From the NCBI GenBank assembly GCA_002269645.1, contig NIVC01002067.1, forward strand, positions 124,001 to 188,000: a stretch of 64,000 nt of DNA, given 5' to 3'. This document shows positions 48,901-61,201 of the stretch, piece after piece. The notes below the pieces were generated by a model. The model did no database searches. It saw nothing but the letters and a program-made list of their open reading frames with translations, and was not told the origin of the DNA. Within the stretch, counting starts at the first letter, position 1; every line of letters begins with the position of its first letter. The stretch is from Macrostomum lignano (taxonomy: Eukaryota). Made by a program: the position numbers and the translations under genes.

Positions 48901-50994
48901 CCGAGACCGGCTCAACCACCTCGGGCCCAACCCGTCCCTGGACGACGTTTGCCGGCCCGAGAACATCCCACGGCTCACCCGGTTTCTCCGGGCCACCAAG
49001 CGAGCCTCCGTCTTCCCCACCGAAGGCAACGCTGCAGACAGGCCCGGCAGACCTCCCTGACCGGCCCCGCGCCCTAGCCTATGCGGGCCTTTCAGGGATT
49101 AGCGGAATGGGCGACGCTCGCCTCCCCGCTGCGTCTTCGGACCGCCCTGCAGCTAAGTCAAGTAAGTCAAGATATTACATGTACTATCAGTATGATAGCT
49201 TCGTTCCATAAACCTGAATTTTTACTATGTCGAAATTTTACAACAGCGAATTTTATTGTACTTTAACAAACAATTTATTTAAATGCCTCGTTTGTGATTG
49301 AGTGATTGAGAGTGAACGAGTGCAGTATAGCGTCACTCTATGGCAAAATATTCTAACCTACCGTAATTATTGTGGGTCACTTTAAAAAACCTTAATATTT
49401 CATAGGCTCAAAGCTAATTGCATGACCAATTGAAGTACCATTTTTATATACAAAGTGTATTTAATGGCTTTACCAATGGATGGAATGCCACTGATAAACA
49501 GATGTTGGCGCCAGCAAACTTTTCTATCTATAGGTTAACACTACGAGCTAAGAGAGTTGCACACTAAAAACTCTGAAGCACAAGCTTAAGCCTTTCCAGC
49601 TTTAAACATCGCTGGCAAATTATTACGAATCTAAACATATAATTTTATGGAAAGCTTGTTTAATAAAGTTTACAATGAAATTGTTCACATTATCACTTGT
49701 GTGGTGAAGCATTTGGTACACGAATCTAAGAGCAAAACAGCTTTTCCTATCTTACTTGAATCTAGTAGAGAATTTGATTTTATCTACAGCTGAACATAGT
49801 TTGTTTCATAGGGTCCATCTATTGCCCATCCATAGTTTACTCACTTGTTATTGCCAGCAGCCACTGCGTTGGACCTTCCCTATAATCGGGACTTTCAGCA
49901 ACGGCTCTAATGGTGATGTTGTAGACTTCTCCACTTGAATTGTAATAACACGTGTGCCTCATTGATTTTGTCTCCACTGCAGCAGCTCTGGAGTCGCAGT
50001 TGACAAAATATGTCAGATTTAAATGTTTCACCGCCTGACTGACATTGTCTGGCCAGGACCAAGCAATCTCTATCAATTGTGCTGTTGTACGATTCACCTG
50101 CACTTTTAGATTAGGAAGTTCTACTGGTTCTGGCGTGGTTTGCACTGCACTGCCAGCTGTTGTTACGGTAGTTGCAGTTGTAGTAGTTGTTTGAAGGATT
50201 GCAGTTGTAGTCGTAGTTGAGGAGTCAGTTGTGCGGGACTTTGTCGTAGTCTGCTTTGTCGAGTTGGCAGTAAATGAAGCCGTAGTGCCATTTTTAGTTG
50301 TAGTTAAAGTTTTAGATGCAGTTGAAACGGCAGTTAAAGAGGCAATTGTAGAGGCAGTTGAAGCGGCAGTTGTAGAGGCAGTTAAAGCGGCAGTTGAAGC
50401 GGCAGTTGTAGAGGCAGTTAAAGCGGCAGTTGTAGAGGCAGTTGAAGCGGCAGTTGAAGCGGCAGTTGTAGAGGCAGTTGAAGCGGCAGTTGTAGAGGCA
50501 GTTGAAGCGGCAGTTGTAGAGGCAGTTGAAGCGGCAGTTGTAGAGGCTGTTAAAGCGGCAGTTGAAGCGGCAGTTGAAGCGGTAGTTGAAGCGGCAGTTG
50601 TAGAGGCAGTTGAAGCGGCAGTTGAAGCGTTAGTTGTAGAGGCAGTTGAAGCAGCAGTTGAAGCGGCAGTTGAAGCGTTAGTTGTAGAGGCAGTTGAAGC
50701 AGCAGTTGAAGCGGCAGTTGTAGAGGCAGTTGAAGCGGTAGTTGTAGAAGCAGTTGAAGCGGCAGTTGTAGAGGCAGTTGAAGCGGCAGTTGTAGAGGCA
50801 GTTGAAGCGGCAGTTGAAGAGGCAGTTGAAGCGGCAGTTGTAGAGGCAGTTGAAGCGGCAGTTGTAGAGGCAGTTGAAGCGGCAGTTGAAGCGGCAGTTG
50901 AACTAGGCCTAGACTGCTCACTGGTTGGATTTGCCAGAGAAGCCAGCACCAAGCTCGCTATGATGGCTAGCAAAATAGCAATACCTTTACTCAT
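36958..50994 (-). CDS. Receptor-type protein tyrosine phosphatase (mucin-FN3-FN3-TM-single PTP, R3-like), 8 exons: 49845-50994, 42137-42381, 41581-41765, 41198-41485, 40471-40743, 39723-40029, 39191-39266, 36958-37082; 882 aa
   Basis: All joins are GT-AG and phase-compatible (2,649 nt total). Signal peptide, Thr/Ala repeats, FN3 motifs (NLMPGFEYNLT), TM (LLAVGLTGTMLFLAIAVVGVTASLFL), PTP motifs KNRYTDILPYD, DYINANY, QGPL, KCERFWP, HCSAGVGRTG, MVQTKGQ. AATAAA at 36936-36941. Confidence 0.93.
37200..39140. repeat. 21-bp intronic minisatellite, about 90 copies
   Basis: Unit gtgtctaaaatggaatccaca, in the last phosphatase intron. Confidence 0.96.
39520..39737 (-). repeat. 31/35-bp minisatellite made of the exon 3' end plus splice donor
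   Basis: Minus-strand unit (A/C)TGGTGCAGACCAAG|GTGAGGGTTT(ATTT)GGGGTC; donors at exon boundaries 39723, 39692, 39661, 39630, 39595, 39564 and a variant at 39529. Confidence 0.92.
40850..41075. repeat. 32-bp intronic minisatellite, about 7 copies
   Basis: Unit tatagtgtacacccagttcactctcctagtcg. Confidence 0.9.
42660..44580 (+). mobile_element. Decayed non-LTR retrotransposon (RT + RNase H, I/Ingi-like) in phosphatase intron 1
   Basis: RT motifs SPALFLLY, YADDIALW, KFLGVWID; RNase H QWVPGHSGVHGNELVD; many frameshifts, stops and internal deletions; ends in a (CAA)n tail at about 44570. Confidence 0.9.
44570..46110. repeat. 12-bp minisatellite (acaccagcgaca/aa), about 125 copies
   Basis: Directly continues the LINE (CAA)n tail; explains ORFs 44443, 44481 and 44728. 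Confidence 0.96.
46225..46510. repeat. 59-bp minisatellite, about 4.5 copies
   Basis: Unit gagagcaggatctgagagattgggatcctgggaggttgggatctgagagagtggggtct. Confidence 0.9.
46890..48157. mobile_element. Foldback-like structure: inverted arms of 16-bp tandem repeats around a loop of about 906 bp
   Basis: Left arm (aagtttagcgcttgtg) x about 13 ending gaagcctcccc at 47175; right arm ggggaggcttc at 48082 then (acaagcgctaaacttc) x4; CTACCAAC at 46882-46889 and 48158-48165. Confidence 0.6.
47652..47951 (+). CDS. Isolated fibronectin type III exon, antisense to the surrounding phosphatase gene
   Basis: Acceptor ttttag at 47651, phase 1; open frame LPKPNLTIVSVTATNDSSITAAAP...VCFTGLQPGTVYTLTVRTV with the FN3 L-x-P-G-T-x-Y motif; the candidate phase-1 donor AG|GTTTCT at 47952 is weak. 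Confidence 0.7.
48158..49180 (+). mobile_element. 5'-truncated non-LTR retrotransposon (RNase H plus C-terminal Cys motif)
   Basis: VHCFTDGSS, FQNEVLAI, WIPGHAGFKGNELAD, CPFC...HFVCYC; one in-frame stop; aagtcaagtaagtcaag tail. Confidence 0.9.
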
Positions 50995-51624
50995 CTCATC
51001 GGCTAATGGATCGAAGAAGAATAAAATCTCTTGGACTTACTGTGTGTTTATGATTCTTTTAATTTGGTGAGCTTGTTGCCACCGCTTCAATATATGTGTT
51101 TGCATGTGCGTACATTGTCCCTTCGAGATTGCAGTACAGATCTGCGAGCGTTATTTACATAAAATAATGTAAATACACTGTGCGCGCTCGTTTCACACAC
51201 TCTCTCGGGTTTCCGGTTTGGCATGCGTATGCGATCCTTGTGTATGTGAACCTTACCCAGCCTGATCTTGATTGAACCGGCTTACATGTGTTTATATGCT
51301 TTCTAGTTACCTGCGCACATGTAAAATATTTAATAATTAATTTCAGTTATTAATTGTGAGCTGAGAGTAAGGTTTAATGAAAACAAGTAAATCATGACTA
51401 CAATTGATCAAGGATGCGCTTTGTACTTTGCGTATGCATGCATATATTTTCCAGTGACTTGGAGCGTTTAAGGTGGCCTTTAGTTTGCTGCTGTTGGCAG
51501 CTGCTGTACGATGCAGTCTGACTATTTTTAGATGTCTTTTACTCTCTAAATAGCTATTATTATTATTAATGTCCCGCATCAGTAGGCACTGACTCTCGCT
51601 GATTGCTAACCTTTATCTAAGCTT

Positions 51625-52583
51625 TCTCTCCCCTTCTCCTCTCTCCCCCTCTTCCTCTATTCCCCTTCTTCCTCTATTCCCCATCTTCCTCTATTCCCCA
51701 TCTTCCTCTATTCCCATCTTCCTCTATTCCCCATCTTCCTCTATTCCCCATCTTCCTCTATTCCCATCTTCCTCTATTCCCCATCTTCCTCTATTCCCCA
51801 TCTTCCTCTATTCCCCTTCTTCCTCTATTCTTTTTCTTCCTCTCTCCCCTCTTCCTCTCTCCCTCTTCCTCTCTCCCCTCTTCCTCTCTCCCCCTCTTCC
51901 TCTCTCACCCTCTTCCTCTCTCACCCTCTTCCTCTCTCCCCCTCTTCCTCTCTCACCCTCTTCCTCTCTCACCCTCTTCCTCTCTCCCCATCTTCCTCTC
52001 TCACCCTCTTCCTCTCTCACCCTCTTCCTCTCTCACCCTCTTCCTCTCTCACCCTCTTCCTCTCTCACCCTCTTCCTCTCTCACCCTCTTCCTCTCTCCC
52101 CCTCTTCCTCTCTCACCCTCTTCCTCTCTCCCCATCTTCCTCTCTCACCCTCTTCCTCTCTCACCCTCTTCCTCTCTCACCCTCTTCCTCTCTCACCCTC
52201 TTCCTCTCTCACCCTCTTCCTCTCTCACCCTCTTCCTCTCTCAACCTCTTCCTCTCTCACCCTCTTCCTCTCTCCCCTCTTCCTCTCTCACCCTCTTCCT
52301 CTCTCACCCTCTTCCTCTCTCACCCTCTTCCTCTCTCCCCTCTTCCTCTCTCCCCCTCTTCCTCTCTCACCCTCTTCCTCTCTCCCCTCTTCCTCTCTCA
52401 CCCTCTTCCTCTCTCACCCTCTTCCTCTCTCACCCTCTTCCTCTCTCACCCTCTTCCTCTCTCACCCTCTTCCTCTCTCACCCTCTTCCTCTCTCACCCT
52501 CTTCCTCTCTCACCCTCTTCCTCTCTCCCCATCTTCCTCTCTCACCCTCTTCCTCTCTCACCCTCTTCCTCTCTCACCCTCTT
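51625..52583. repeat. CT-rich 16-bp minisatellite (ctcttcctctctcacc), continues at 61460-61920 after the LTR insertion
   Basis: Same unit on both sides of the outer LTR element. Confidence 0.93.
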
Positions 52584-52926
52584 TGTAAAGACTTCACTTA
52601 GTTAGCGAGGCAGAAAGATGCTTATGCGATAGCATGATAAAATCATTCATATATGTACATGTATTTGTCGAAATAGTATTTTAACCGATCAATAATTTGG
52701 GGACTGTAAAATAGACATATTAGTCACGTGCACGTACGCACAAAAGAACAAGCGAAGGAGAGAGTTGAAGGGCACGATGGTAAAGTGTACGCAGCAACCC
52801 CCAGCACCCCACACAACACAAGCCAAGTCACTACACTCCTCCCCAACAACTGCAGAAGCAGGGAACAGGAATTAAAAGAAACTATTTAGTCCGCAACTCA
52901 AAGAGCACTAAATAACGGAATCACAG

Positions 52927-53738
52927 TCACTGGTAACACAGTCGATTAGGCTCAGTTCGGATCCTGGTCGAGCGCCGCGGCAATGCCAAATCGCTCGCAT
53001 TCGTGGCGTCGCAGGCGACCGCCAGGCCGGGGGCAACAGCTGCGCCGGCCGCTGCTGGTGGATCTTCCGGCGGATCAGCGACCTGCTCAGCCTCGGGAGC
53101 TTCGCCAGCCGGTACAGCATCCGCGGGTCTGCGAACTTGGTCGATGTGCCGTTGGACCTCCCGGCCGTCATCAAAGTGGCACGAGAACGACGCTGCTCCA
53201 GAGCTGGCAGTCACCACCGCCGGCTTCCATCTGCCGTCATCAGCGAAGTCCCTGGCAACCACGGCATCGCCGACCTCAATGCGGCGATCGTGAGCGTTGG
53301 CGTCGTGATGCTGCTTTTGCATCGCTTGCTGCACTGCAACCCTGGCCGGCACGTCGGGACGCACTCGATCGAGCAGAGAGCGCAGTCGCCTTCCCATCAG
53401 CAGCTCGCACGGCGGCGTGCCAGTCGTGGCATGTGGCGTCACGCGGTATGTCAGCAGGAACCGCGCTACTCGGTCTTTGAGCGAGCCGCCCTTCTGCTTG
53501 GCCAGCGACTTCTTCAGCGTTTGCACCGCGCGCTCCGCCTGGCCGTTGGATGCTGGGTGATACGGTGCAGTTCGCACGTGCCGAATGCCGTTTTTCCGTA
53601 GAAATTCGCTCATCTCTTCGCTGACTAGATTTGGCCCGTTGTCCGTAACGACAATGTCTGGCAGACCGTGAGTAGCGAAACTCTGCCGCAGTCTCTGAAT
53701 CGTGGCCGTTGAAGTCGTCGACATCATTACATGAACTT
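52927..53738 (-). CDS. pol: Outer element pol, part 2 (integrase core and C-terminus)
   Basis: VTDNGP and SNGQAERAV; in frame with part 1 once the insert and one TSD are removed (3,864 nt, 1,287 aa). Confidence 0.93.
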
Positions 53739-53743
53739 CCATC

Positions 53744-56700
53744 TGTTATGACTTCTTCTCTAGCGGAAGACAGTGAGTCAAGATCAACAAGGTCAACTTA
53801 AAAGTTGCACTCTTAGCAGAGCGTCTTATTTCATGTTCGTAACGTTCCTTTTTATTTTCCAAGCTTGAAGCATCGCTTCTTTAGCTTATGGCTGGGTGTG
53901 TGTGCGACGGAGTCGTCTATGGCCACACCCAACATCTCCCCCCTTACAATGGCAAAGAAAAATTTTTTTAAGTTAATGCGGGAGGAACAAATTTTAGCAC
54001 TTATAGTTAACTTTGGGTTTCTCCGAAAGTCGCATGCTTCTCCTGGGTTCAATAGTATCCTCGGGAACCTCAGGGATCGGAGGTGTACGCAGCCCCTCTT
54101 TTTGTGGAGGCTCCTCTTCTTGTTTTCTCCCTGCCGCGTGCTCGCCAGCTCAGGGTGGCATTCTGTCGGTTTCTGCGGGCTCCTCGCCGGTTAGACTGTA
54201 CGGATGTAGCTGATCCAAGTGAACCTTCCGATACTTTGAGTTCGGTTCATCTGTCTTGATCATGGCCATGCTCCTTCCGATAGGCAAAAGCAGTTTTGCA
54301 GTGATTGGCTTGTCTCTCTCATTTTTGTAGATAACTGGATCCTCCAGTCCAACTTGCCTCTTGGTAAACGGAACCCTGAGCTTGTGCCCCAGCAGCTGTT
54401 CCGCTGGTGACGATCCCGCTTTGTTGTCTGATGCGCGATAAAACAGCAAGAAGCGGTCAACAGACTCTTGACTGAAGCCATTTGCTTTGATGCTTTCTTT
54501 TAGCGTGCGTACGAAACGCTCTGCAACCCCATTACTTTGTGGGTGATAAGCTGCAATAGTTAGGTGCTCACAGTCAATTCCTGCCAACCACTCCGTAAAC
54601 TCCTTGCTGATAAAGCATGGTCCGTTATCTGACACAAGTGTCCTTGGAATTCCAAGCTGAGAAAATGTCCTTCTGAGACACTGAATGACAGTTCGAGAAG
54701 TCATATCTTTGGTGACGTGGACTTCAGGATACCCGCTGTACGAATCTACCAGAACGAGCATGTAGTGGTTGTCGATCGGTCCTGCAAAGTCGATATGAAC
54801 ACGATCCCAAGGACCCGCAGCTTCAGGCCAACTGGAGCGAAAATTCCTATTTTGCGGTTTTGCGGTCCTACAGATCTGGCACAAACCGACTGTCCGTTCG
54901 ATATCGCTGTCCATGGCTGGCCACCAAAACTCCGCACGAGCCAAGGACTTGGTGCGGGACATTCCCAAATGAACTTCGTGCACTGCTGCAATCGCTTTCA
55001 TGCGTAAGGATTTTGGAATAATGATCCTGTGGCCTCGAAGAATAACATCGTCCTGAACGCAAAGTTCTTCTCGCACATTTTTGAAAGGTCGCAGCCTAGG
55101 GTGTTTGAACCTTCCTGTCTTTATAGCGCTCTTCAGCAAGCGCATTTCGTTACACCGCTTCGTTGCTAGCCTGATTTCTTCCAGAGACACTGTAGTTAAA
55201 ACCGTGTGAATGTTACCAATCTCTAGCGTTTCACCGCTTCTTCCTTGCGGAACCAATCTTGAGAGCGCGTCAGATGCCATAGCTTTAGATTTTCGATACT
55301 CGATCTCGTAATCGTACGCCGTGAGAAATATCGCCCATCTCTGCAGCCTTGCGGACACTCTCGATGGTAGCTCTTTGTCACAGGCTAAGATGTAAACGAG
55401 ACTTCGATGGTCGGTTATTAGCTTAAATTTTCTGCCGCAGAGAAAACAATGACATCTTCTAACACCCCATTTTATCGCAAGCGCTTCTCGCTCTATTTGC
55501 GAATAATTTCGCTCCGATGATGACAAAAGTTTGCTGATGTACAAGACAGGACGTCCTTGCTGACTCAGGACACCACCAAGGGCAATCTGCGAAGCGTCTA
55601 CTTCGAGCTCAACCGGTAGCTTTGGGTCGTACGCATGCAAAGCAGCGTCTTCTGAAAGTGATTTCTGGATGTTTCTGAACGCATCTTGTTCTTTTGCGCC
55701 CCAACGAAACTCCACACCTTTGCGCTCAGGTGCACCAACGGAGCCGATATTCCAGAAAGGTTTGGAATGAATCGCGAGCAGAACGTAATCAGTCCGAGGA
55801 AGGATTCTAACTCGGAAAGATTCTTCGGAGTTTCCATTTCTTTGATCGCCCGCACTTTCTCTCCATCAGGATAAATACGACCGCTGTCCAGAATATGACC
55901 CAAAAACCGGACTCGAGATAAATTCCGTTGGCATTTCTGATCATTTACCTTTAGCCCTTCCGATGCTAGACGGTAAAGTACTTGTTCTTCGCGTCCTTTC
56001 AACTCTGACTCATCGCTTCCACCAATTTATATATCGTCCATGTACGCTATTGTTCCGGGAATACCTTGGATCACTTGCGATATATACCGTTGGAAAATAC
56101 TCGGAGCCGTTTTTATTCCAAACACAAGTTTATTGTACTTAAAATTTCCAAATGGTGTCGACATCACGGTTAGCGGTTTAGATGCATCGTCCAGCTCTAC
56201 TTGGTTGTACGCTTTCTCTAGATCGATGATACTGTACCGAAAGCATCCCGCCACTGTCGAGAACGCTTCCTCCGGGGTCGGTGTCGGGTAGCTATCCGGG
56301 ACCAGCTGTGGATTAAGCGTACTCTTATAGTCCACACATAGCCTGATACTGCCGTTGGGCTTGCCGACTACCACGACTGGAGACGCCCATTCCGAGAATT
56401 TCACAGCTTCGATTATACCTTCATCAAGTAAGCGATCCAATTCCTTTTTTACTGCTTCACGTTGAGCAAATGGTAACGGTCTTGCTTTTACATACTTTGG
56501 TACTGCTCCGTCTTTAAGTTCCAAATGAGCTTTCATTGTAGTTGCACTTGCTGCCAGAGATGCCATATCCATGGAGACTTTCCCATTATGTCCTGTGTCC
56601 AGCTGTACACAGAGAACATCTCGCCCCAGCAAGGCATAGCTCTTGCTGCCTTTCACTACCTCAAAGTCGATGCGCTGATATTTTCCATTCAGTTCTACCA

Positions 56701-58149
56701 CAGCTTCGTATTGACCTAATACCGTGAACTTGTGATCACTTAGATAGCCACCCAGTTGTGTATTTGAGTTCTTAAGAGCTGGTCGACCCAACTGTTTCCA
56801 GAGGGATTCTGACATTATGGACACACCCGCTCCAGTATCCAGCTCGCATGTCAGCGCGTATCTCTTTTGCCCTTCTAGTACGGACACTGTGATGGAGATA
56901 GGCTTTCGGTGATCCCGATCTGGGCAGCAACTTTGCACTTCAGCGACAAATACTTCGGAATTTTCTTGAACATGTTTTACTGTTGATTTACTCGTGCCAC
57001 CGGTCTTTCTATGTGAAAAGTCTGAGCCTCTGCAGGCTTTGGCAAAATGATTAGTCTTGCCACACCGGTTGCAGGTCTTACCATACGCCGGGCATTTAAA
57101 CTTTTCATGATTGCCGCCACACTTCTTGCACAGCCGATCCGCCACTGCCGGAGTTTTGAAATCCTTCGACTTGGACCCTGGTTTCGCGTTGAGACTTTCA
57201 GAACTGTTCCAGAATCTGATTTCGGAGTTGTCTTCATTATCTGCGTTTCCAGCAAACTTGAATGGGCTTCTGCTTCTGCTACCGCCTCTTTAAATGTGAG
57301 TGTTTTATGATCCTTGATGATCAGCTTTCCAACTATGGCTTGACTGCCAAGACCGCATATGAATTGGTCACGCATTCTCACATCTCTGTTTTCAAACTCA
57401 CATTTCTCAGATGCTTTTATTAGTCTTTCTGCAAAAGCTCTTACCGGCTCATTGGGTTCACGGCCAATTTTTTGAAATGTAAATCTTTCGGCCAACACAT
57501 ATGTCGTGGGTATTAACAGTTCTTGTAGTGCTCCTGTTAGTTCCTCAAACGACATCATGCCAGGCTTTTTTGGAGACACATAGTCCGCTAGCTTATTGTA
57601 GAGAGCAGGTGACATTCGCATCAGCAGGACATGAGCTCGTGCAGATGCGTCCCAGTTAAATAGGGTGGCTCCGATCTCAAAACCGTCGAGCCAACGATCC
57701 AGAATGGTTGACTCCTCCAACCTTTCAATCTCAGACATACCTGAGGTTTGGCGACTGCTCTGAGTGGCGTTCTGGGCTTGAGCATCCCTTTCAATTGCTT
57801 GGGACTGTGACCGGTTTTGAGAACCTCCTCCATTACGGCTTGGAGAGATCCCAGCAGACTTGGCCGCTGACTTCGTCGGATCTGCAGACTTCGTCGGATC
57901 CTTGCTCATTATGAGCTTGAACGTCTGACCGTCAGGTTACGATTGCTTGCGACGCCACTGTTATGACTTCTTCTCTAGCGGAAGACAGTGAGTCAAGATC
58001 AACAAGGTCAACTTAAAAGTTGCACTCTTAGCAGAGCGTCCTATTTCATGTTCGTAACGTTTCTTTTTATTTTCCAAGCTTGAAGCATCGCTTCTTTAGC
58101 TTATGGCTGGGTGTGTGTGCGACGGAGTCGTCTATGGCCACACCCAACA
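53744..58149 (-). mobile_element. Nested Gypsy (Mag-like) LTR retrotransposon, 4,406 bp
   Basis: 191-bp LTRs 57959-58149 and 53744-53934 (2 mismatches); 5-bp TSD CCATC; PBS TGGCGTCGC at 57949-57957; PPT 53935-53943. Confidence 0.97.
54150..57909 (-). pseudogene. pol: Nested element gag-pol, disrupted by two frameshifts and one nonsense codon
   Basis: Four ORF pieces: gag (56977-57909), knuckle/protease/RT to YMDDI-stop (56027-57145), RT thumb (55598-56002) and RNase H/integrase (54150-55715; HIDFAGP, SDNGP, SNGVAERFV). Confidence 0.92.
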
Positions 58150-61100
58150 CCATCCACTTCGAATGAGCGTCCACGATCACCAGAAGCATTTTTCCTTCTA
58201 CCGGACCAGCAAAGTCGAGATGAAGACGCGACCAGGGTCTGTCCGGCCATGCCCATGGGTGCAGCGGAACCGGCGCCGGTGACTTCAGCAGCTCACGGCA
58301 CTCGGAGCACGCACTGGACAGGTGCTCAATGGATTCATCCAGCTTTGGCCACCAGAAAAAACTGCGGGCGAGCGCCTTCATTCTAGAGGCGCCCTGGTGT
58401 CCTTGGTGCAGGCACTGCAGAAGCGCCGAGCGGCCAGCTTGCGGTATCACCACTCTTGTGCCCCAGAGGAGACAGCCATCTTGGACACTCAGCTGATTAG
58501 CCCGATTTTTGAACGGCTGTAGCTCTTGAGTTACTCGCTCGGGCCAGTAGCCAGACTCGGTGAACTGCAGCACCTTGGACAGGATCGGGTCCGTTCTAGT
58601 CAAAGCTCGAATGTCTCCGGCAGTCACTGGTTCCTCATCAAGCGTGTCCATGACTAGCACCACATCGGCTGGTGTCGGTGCCTTTGCTGGTCTCTCTGGC
58701 AGCGGCAGTCGACTCAGCGCGTCCGCACGGAGCAGCGACCGACCCGATCGGTGCTCCATCGTGTAGCTGTAGCCTGCCAGGATGAGCGCCCACCTTTGAA
58801 TTCGACCGGATGCCATTGCTGGAATCGGCTTGGACTCGTGTAGCAGACCCAATAGCGGTTTGTGGTCGCTGATCAGTGTAAACTTCCGGCCGTACAGATA
58901 CGCATGAAACCGCTTCACTCCGAAAATGACCGCCAGAGCCTCTTTGTCCAACTGGGAGTACCTGGTCTCAGCATCGTGCAAAGAGCGCGAAGCGAACGCG
59001 ATCGGCTGATCGATACCATCAATCCGATGACTGATGACCGCTCCGACGCCGTAGGGCGACGCGTCGCACTCCAGGATCAGCGGCTTACTTTCGTCGAAGT
59101 GCGCGAGGACCGGCGCTTTGCTGAGAAGCGACTTGCACTTCCTAAATGCGGTCTCCTGTTGAGTGCCCCAGCGCCACTGGGCACCTTGGTTGAGCAGACG
59201 ATGCAGCGGCGACAGCTCCGCGGATAAGTTGGGCATGAAATTCCCGTAATAGTTGACAAGTCCAAGAAAACTGCGAAGCTGTGTCACGTCTCGTGGTGCT
59301 GGAGCGTCGGCGATGGCACGAACCTTGTCCGGTAGCGGATGCAGGCCGGCAGCGTCCATCCGGTGGCCTAGATAGCTGACACTGTCCTGCATGAAGTCGC
59401 ACTTGCTCAGGCCGCAGCGCAGTCCGCTTTGGTGCAATTTCTTGAGCACTGACTCTAGTGAGCGCAGGTGAATTTCGTCGTCAACACCGGTGATGATCAG
59501 ATCGCCGATAAAACAGGCGACATGCGGAATCGACTGCAGCAGATTGTCCATGTGTCGTTGGAAAATACCGACGGCCGGAGCAACTCCAAAAGGCAGACGG
59601 GTGTAGCGCAGAAGGCCTTTGGACGTGTTAAATGTACAAATCCCTTGGGCTGCTTCGTCCAGTGGCAGTTGAGAATAGGCTTGCGACAAGTCGAGCTTCG
59701 TAAATTTTTTCCCACCTGCCAGCTTAGCAAAAAGCTCTTCGATTCTCGGTAGCGGATATTTGTCAGGTTCAACACAGAGATTTACCGTTTGTTTGAAGTC
59801 GGCACAGATGCGTATTGAACCGTCCGACTTGAGCACTGGCACAATCGGCGAGGCGTAGTCCGAGTTGTTGACTGGTCTGAGCACACCTTGCTCAATTTCC
59901 TTGTCGAGCTGAGCCTCCACCTTAGTCTTAAGAGCAAACGGGACGTTGCGTGCCTTGAAAAATCGAGGCCGGGCCCCGGCTTTCAGATGCAGCTGCACAG
60001 GCGGTCCGTTGTACTTGCCGAGTCCCGGCTCGAAAACCTCGGCATACTGGTCCAGCAGGGCGCGGATTCCAGGGTGCTCACTGTCTTTTCGCACCTGGTT
60101 GATGCTGCGCCAGTCCAGCGGCAAACATGCCAGCCAGTCACGGCCGATCAGGTTCGAACCAGAGCCCTCGACTACGAGCAGTGGAAGCTCCTTGGCAGCT
60201 CCGGCAGCTTGCACTCGGACGGTAATTTTACCTAGCAGGGGGACCGGCTCTCCTGAGTAGGTGCGCAGCTTAGTGTTGGCAGGTTCTAGCTTTGGTCCTT
60301 CCCGCAGCTCTGAGCGAAATGTTTCTGAAGATATGAGCAAGACAGATGCACCCGTGTCGACCTCCATCCGAACTGGCGTGCCTTCGATGATGACCGTGGT
60401 CTCGATCGGTGGAATCTTCCCACACCGTTCAGCCATCACGTGCAGCGAATGTGCCTCTTCTTCATCGACCTCAACCTCTCTCACATTATGGTCCATGCGA
60501 CGATTCGAACCCGCAGGAGACTTACAGGCAGCAGCCGTATGGCCCACCTTCGAACAGTTGAAGCACTTCTTGTCAGCAAACGGGCACTTCGCCGCGACGT
60601 GCCGCTGCGACCGGCAACGAAAGCAGCGTCCAGTGGACTGTGGCTGGTGTGCTATCTGAAAGGCGTCCTGACTCGCAGATTTCATCACGAGAAGATTGCC
60701 CTCAGCGGCCGACGCTTGAGCCTGCGCCAGAGATATTGCGGTTTCGAGAGTCAGCTTCTTCTCCGAAAGAAGCCTTCGCTGGATGTTGTCGTCAGCGATG
60801 CCAAGCACGAGCCGGTCTCTGATCATGTCATTCAGGCTGCCGCCGAAGTTGCAGTCCCGTGCCAGTCTGCGAAGATCCGCGAGAAAATCCGCAATCGATT
60901 CACCAACTTGGCGACTCCTGGAGTAGAAACGGTAACGTAGCACGATCTCAGGGGGCTCAGGGTCGAAATTCTCTTTCAGCTTAGCGCAGATCGCTGTGTA
61001 GCTGGACTGGGCAGGCGACTCTGGAGACAGCAGGCTGGCAAGCAACTGATACGTCTTCTTGCCGCAGAAGCTAAGGAGAACGGCACGCTTCTTCTCTTCT

Positions 61101-61201
61101 TTGATATCATTGGCCTCAAAATACTGCTCCAGTCTTTCTTGGTACTGAATCCACTTTTCAGTGCCCTCTTCATAGAGTTCTATTGAGCCAACCAAGCTCA
61201 T
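58150..61201 (-). CDS. pol: Outer element gag-pol, part 1 (gag, two zinc knuckles, protease, RT, RNase H, integrase N-terminus)
   Basis: ORF with CFRC..H....C, CFNC..GH....C, DTGAS, CADFK, LDLSQAY, LECDAS and HHCC; the RT motif reads FIGD; interrupted at KW-M by the nested element. Confidence 0.93.

Noticed and set aside
50231-51070. 279-aa plus-strand ORF (VEAAV repeats)
   Set aside because: Antisense shadow of the mucin exon.
57100-57240. Programmed -1 frameshift between gag and pol in the nested element
   Set aside because: No X XXY YYZ slippery heptamer seen, the shift precedes the zinc knuckle, and the related outer element has a single ORF; a 1-bp deletion is simpler.
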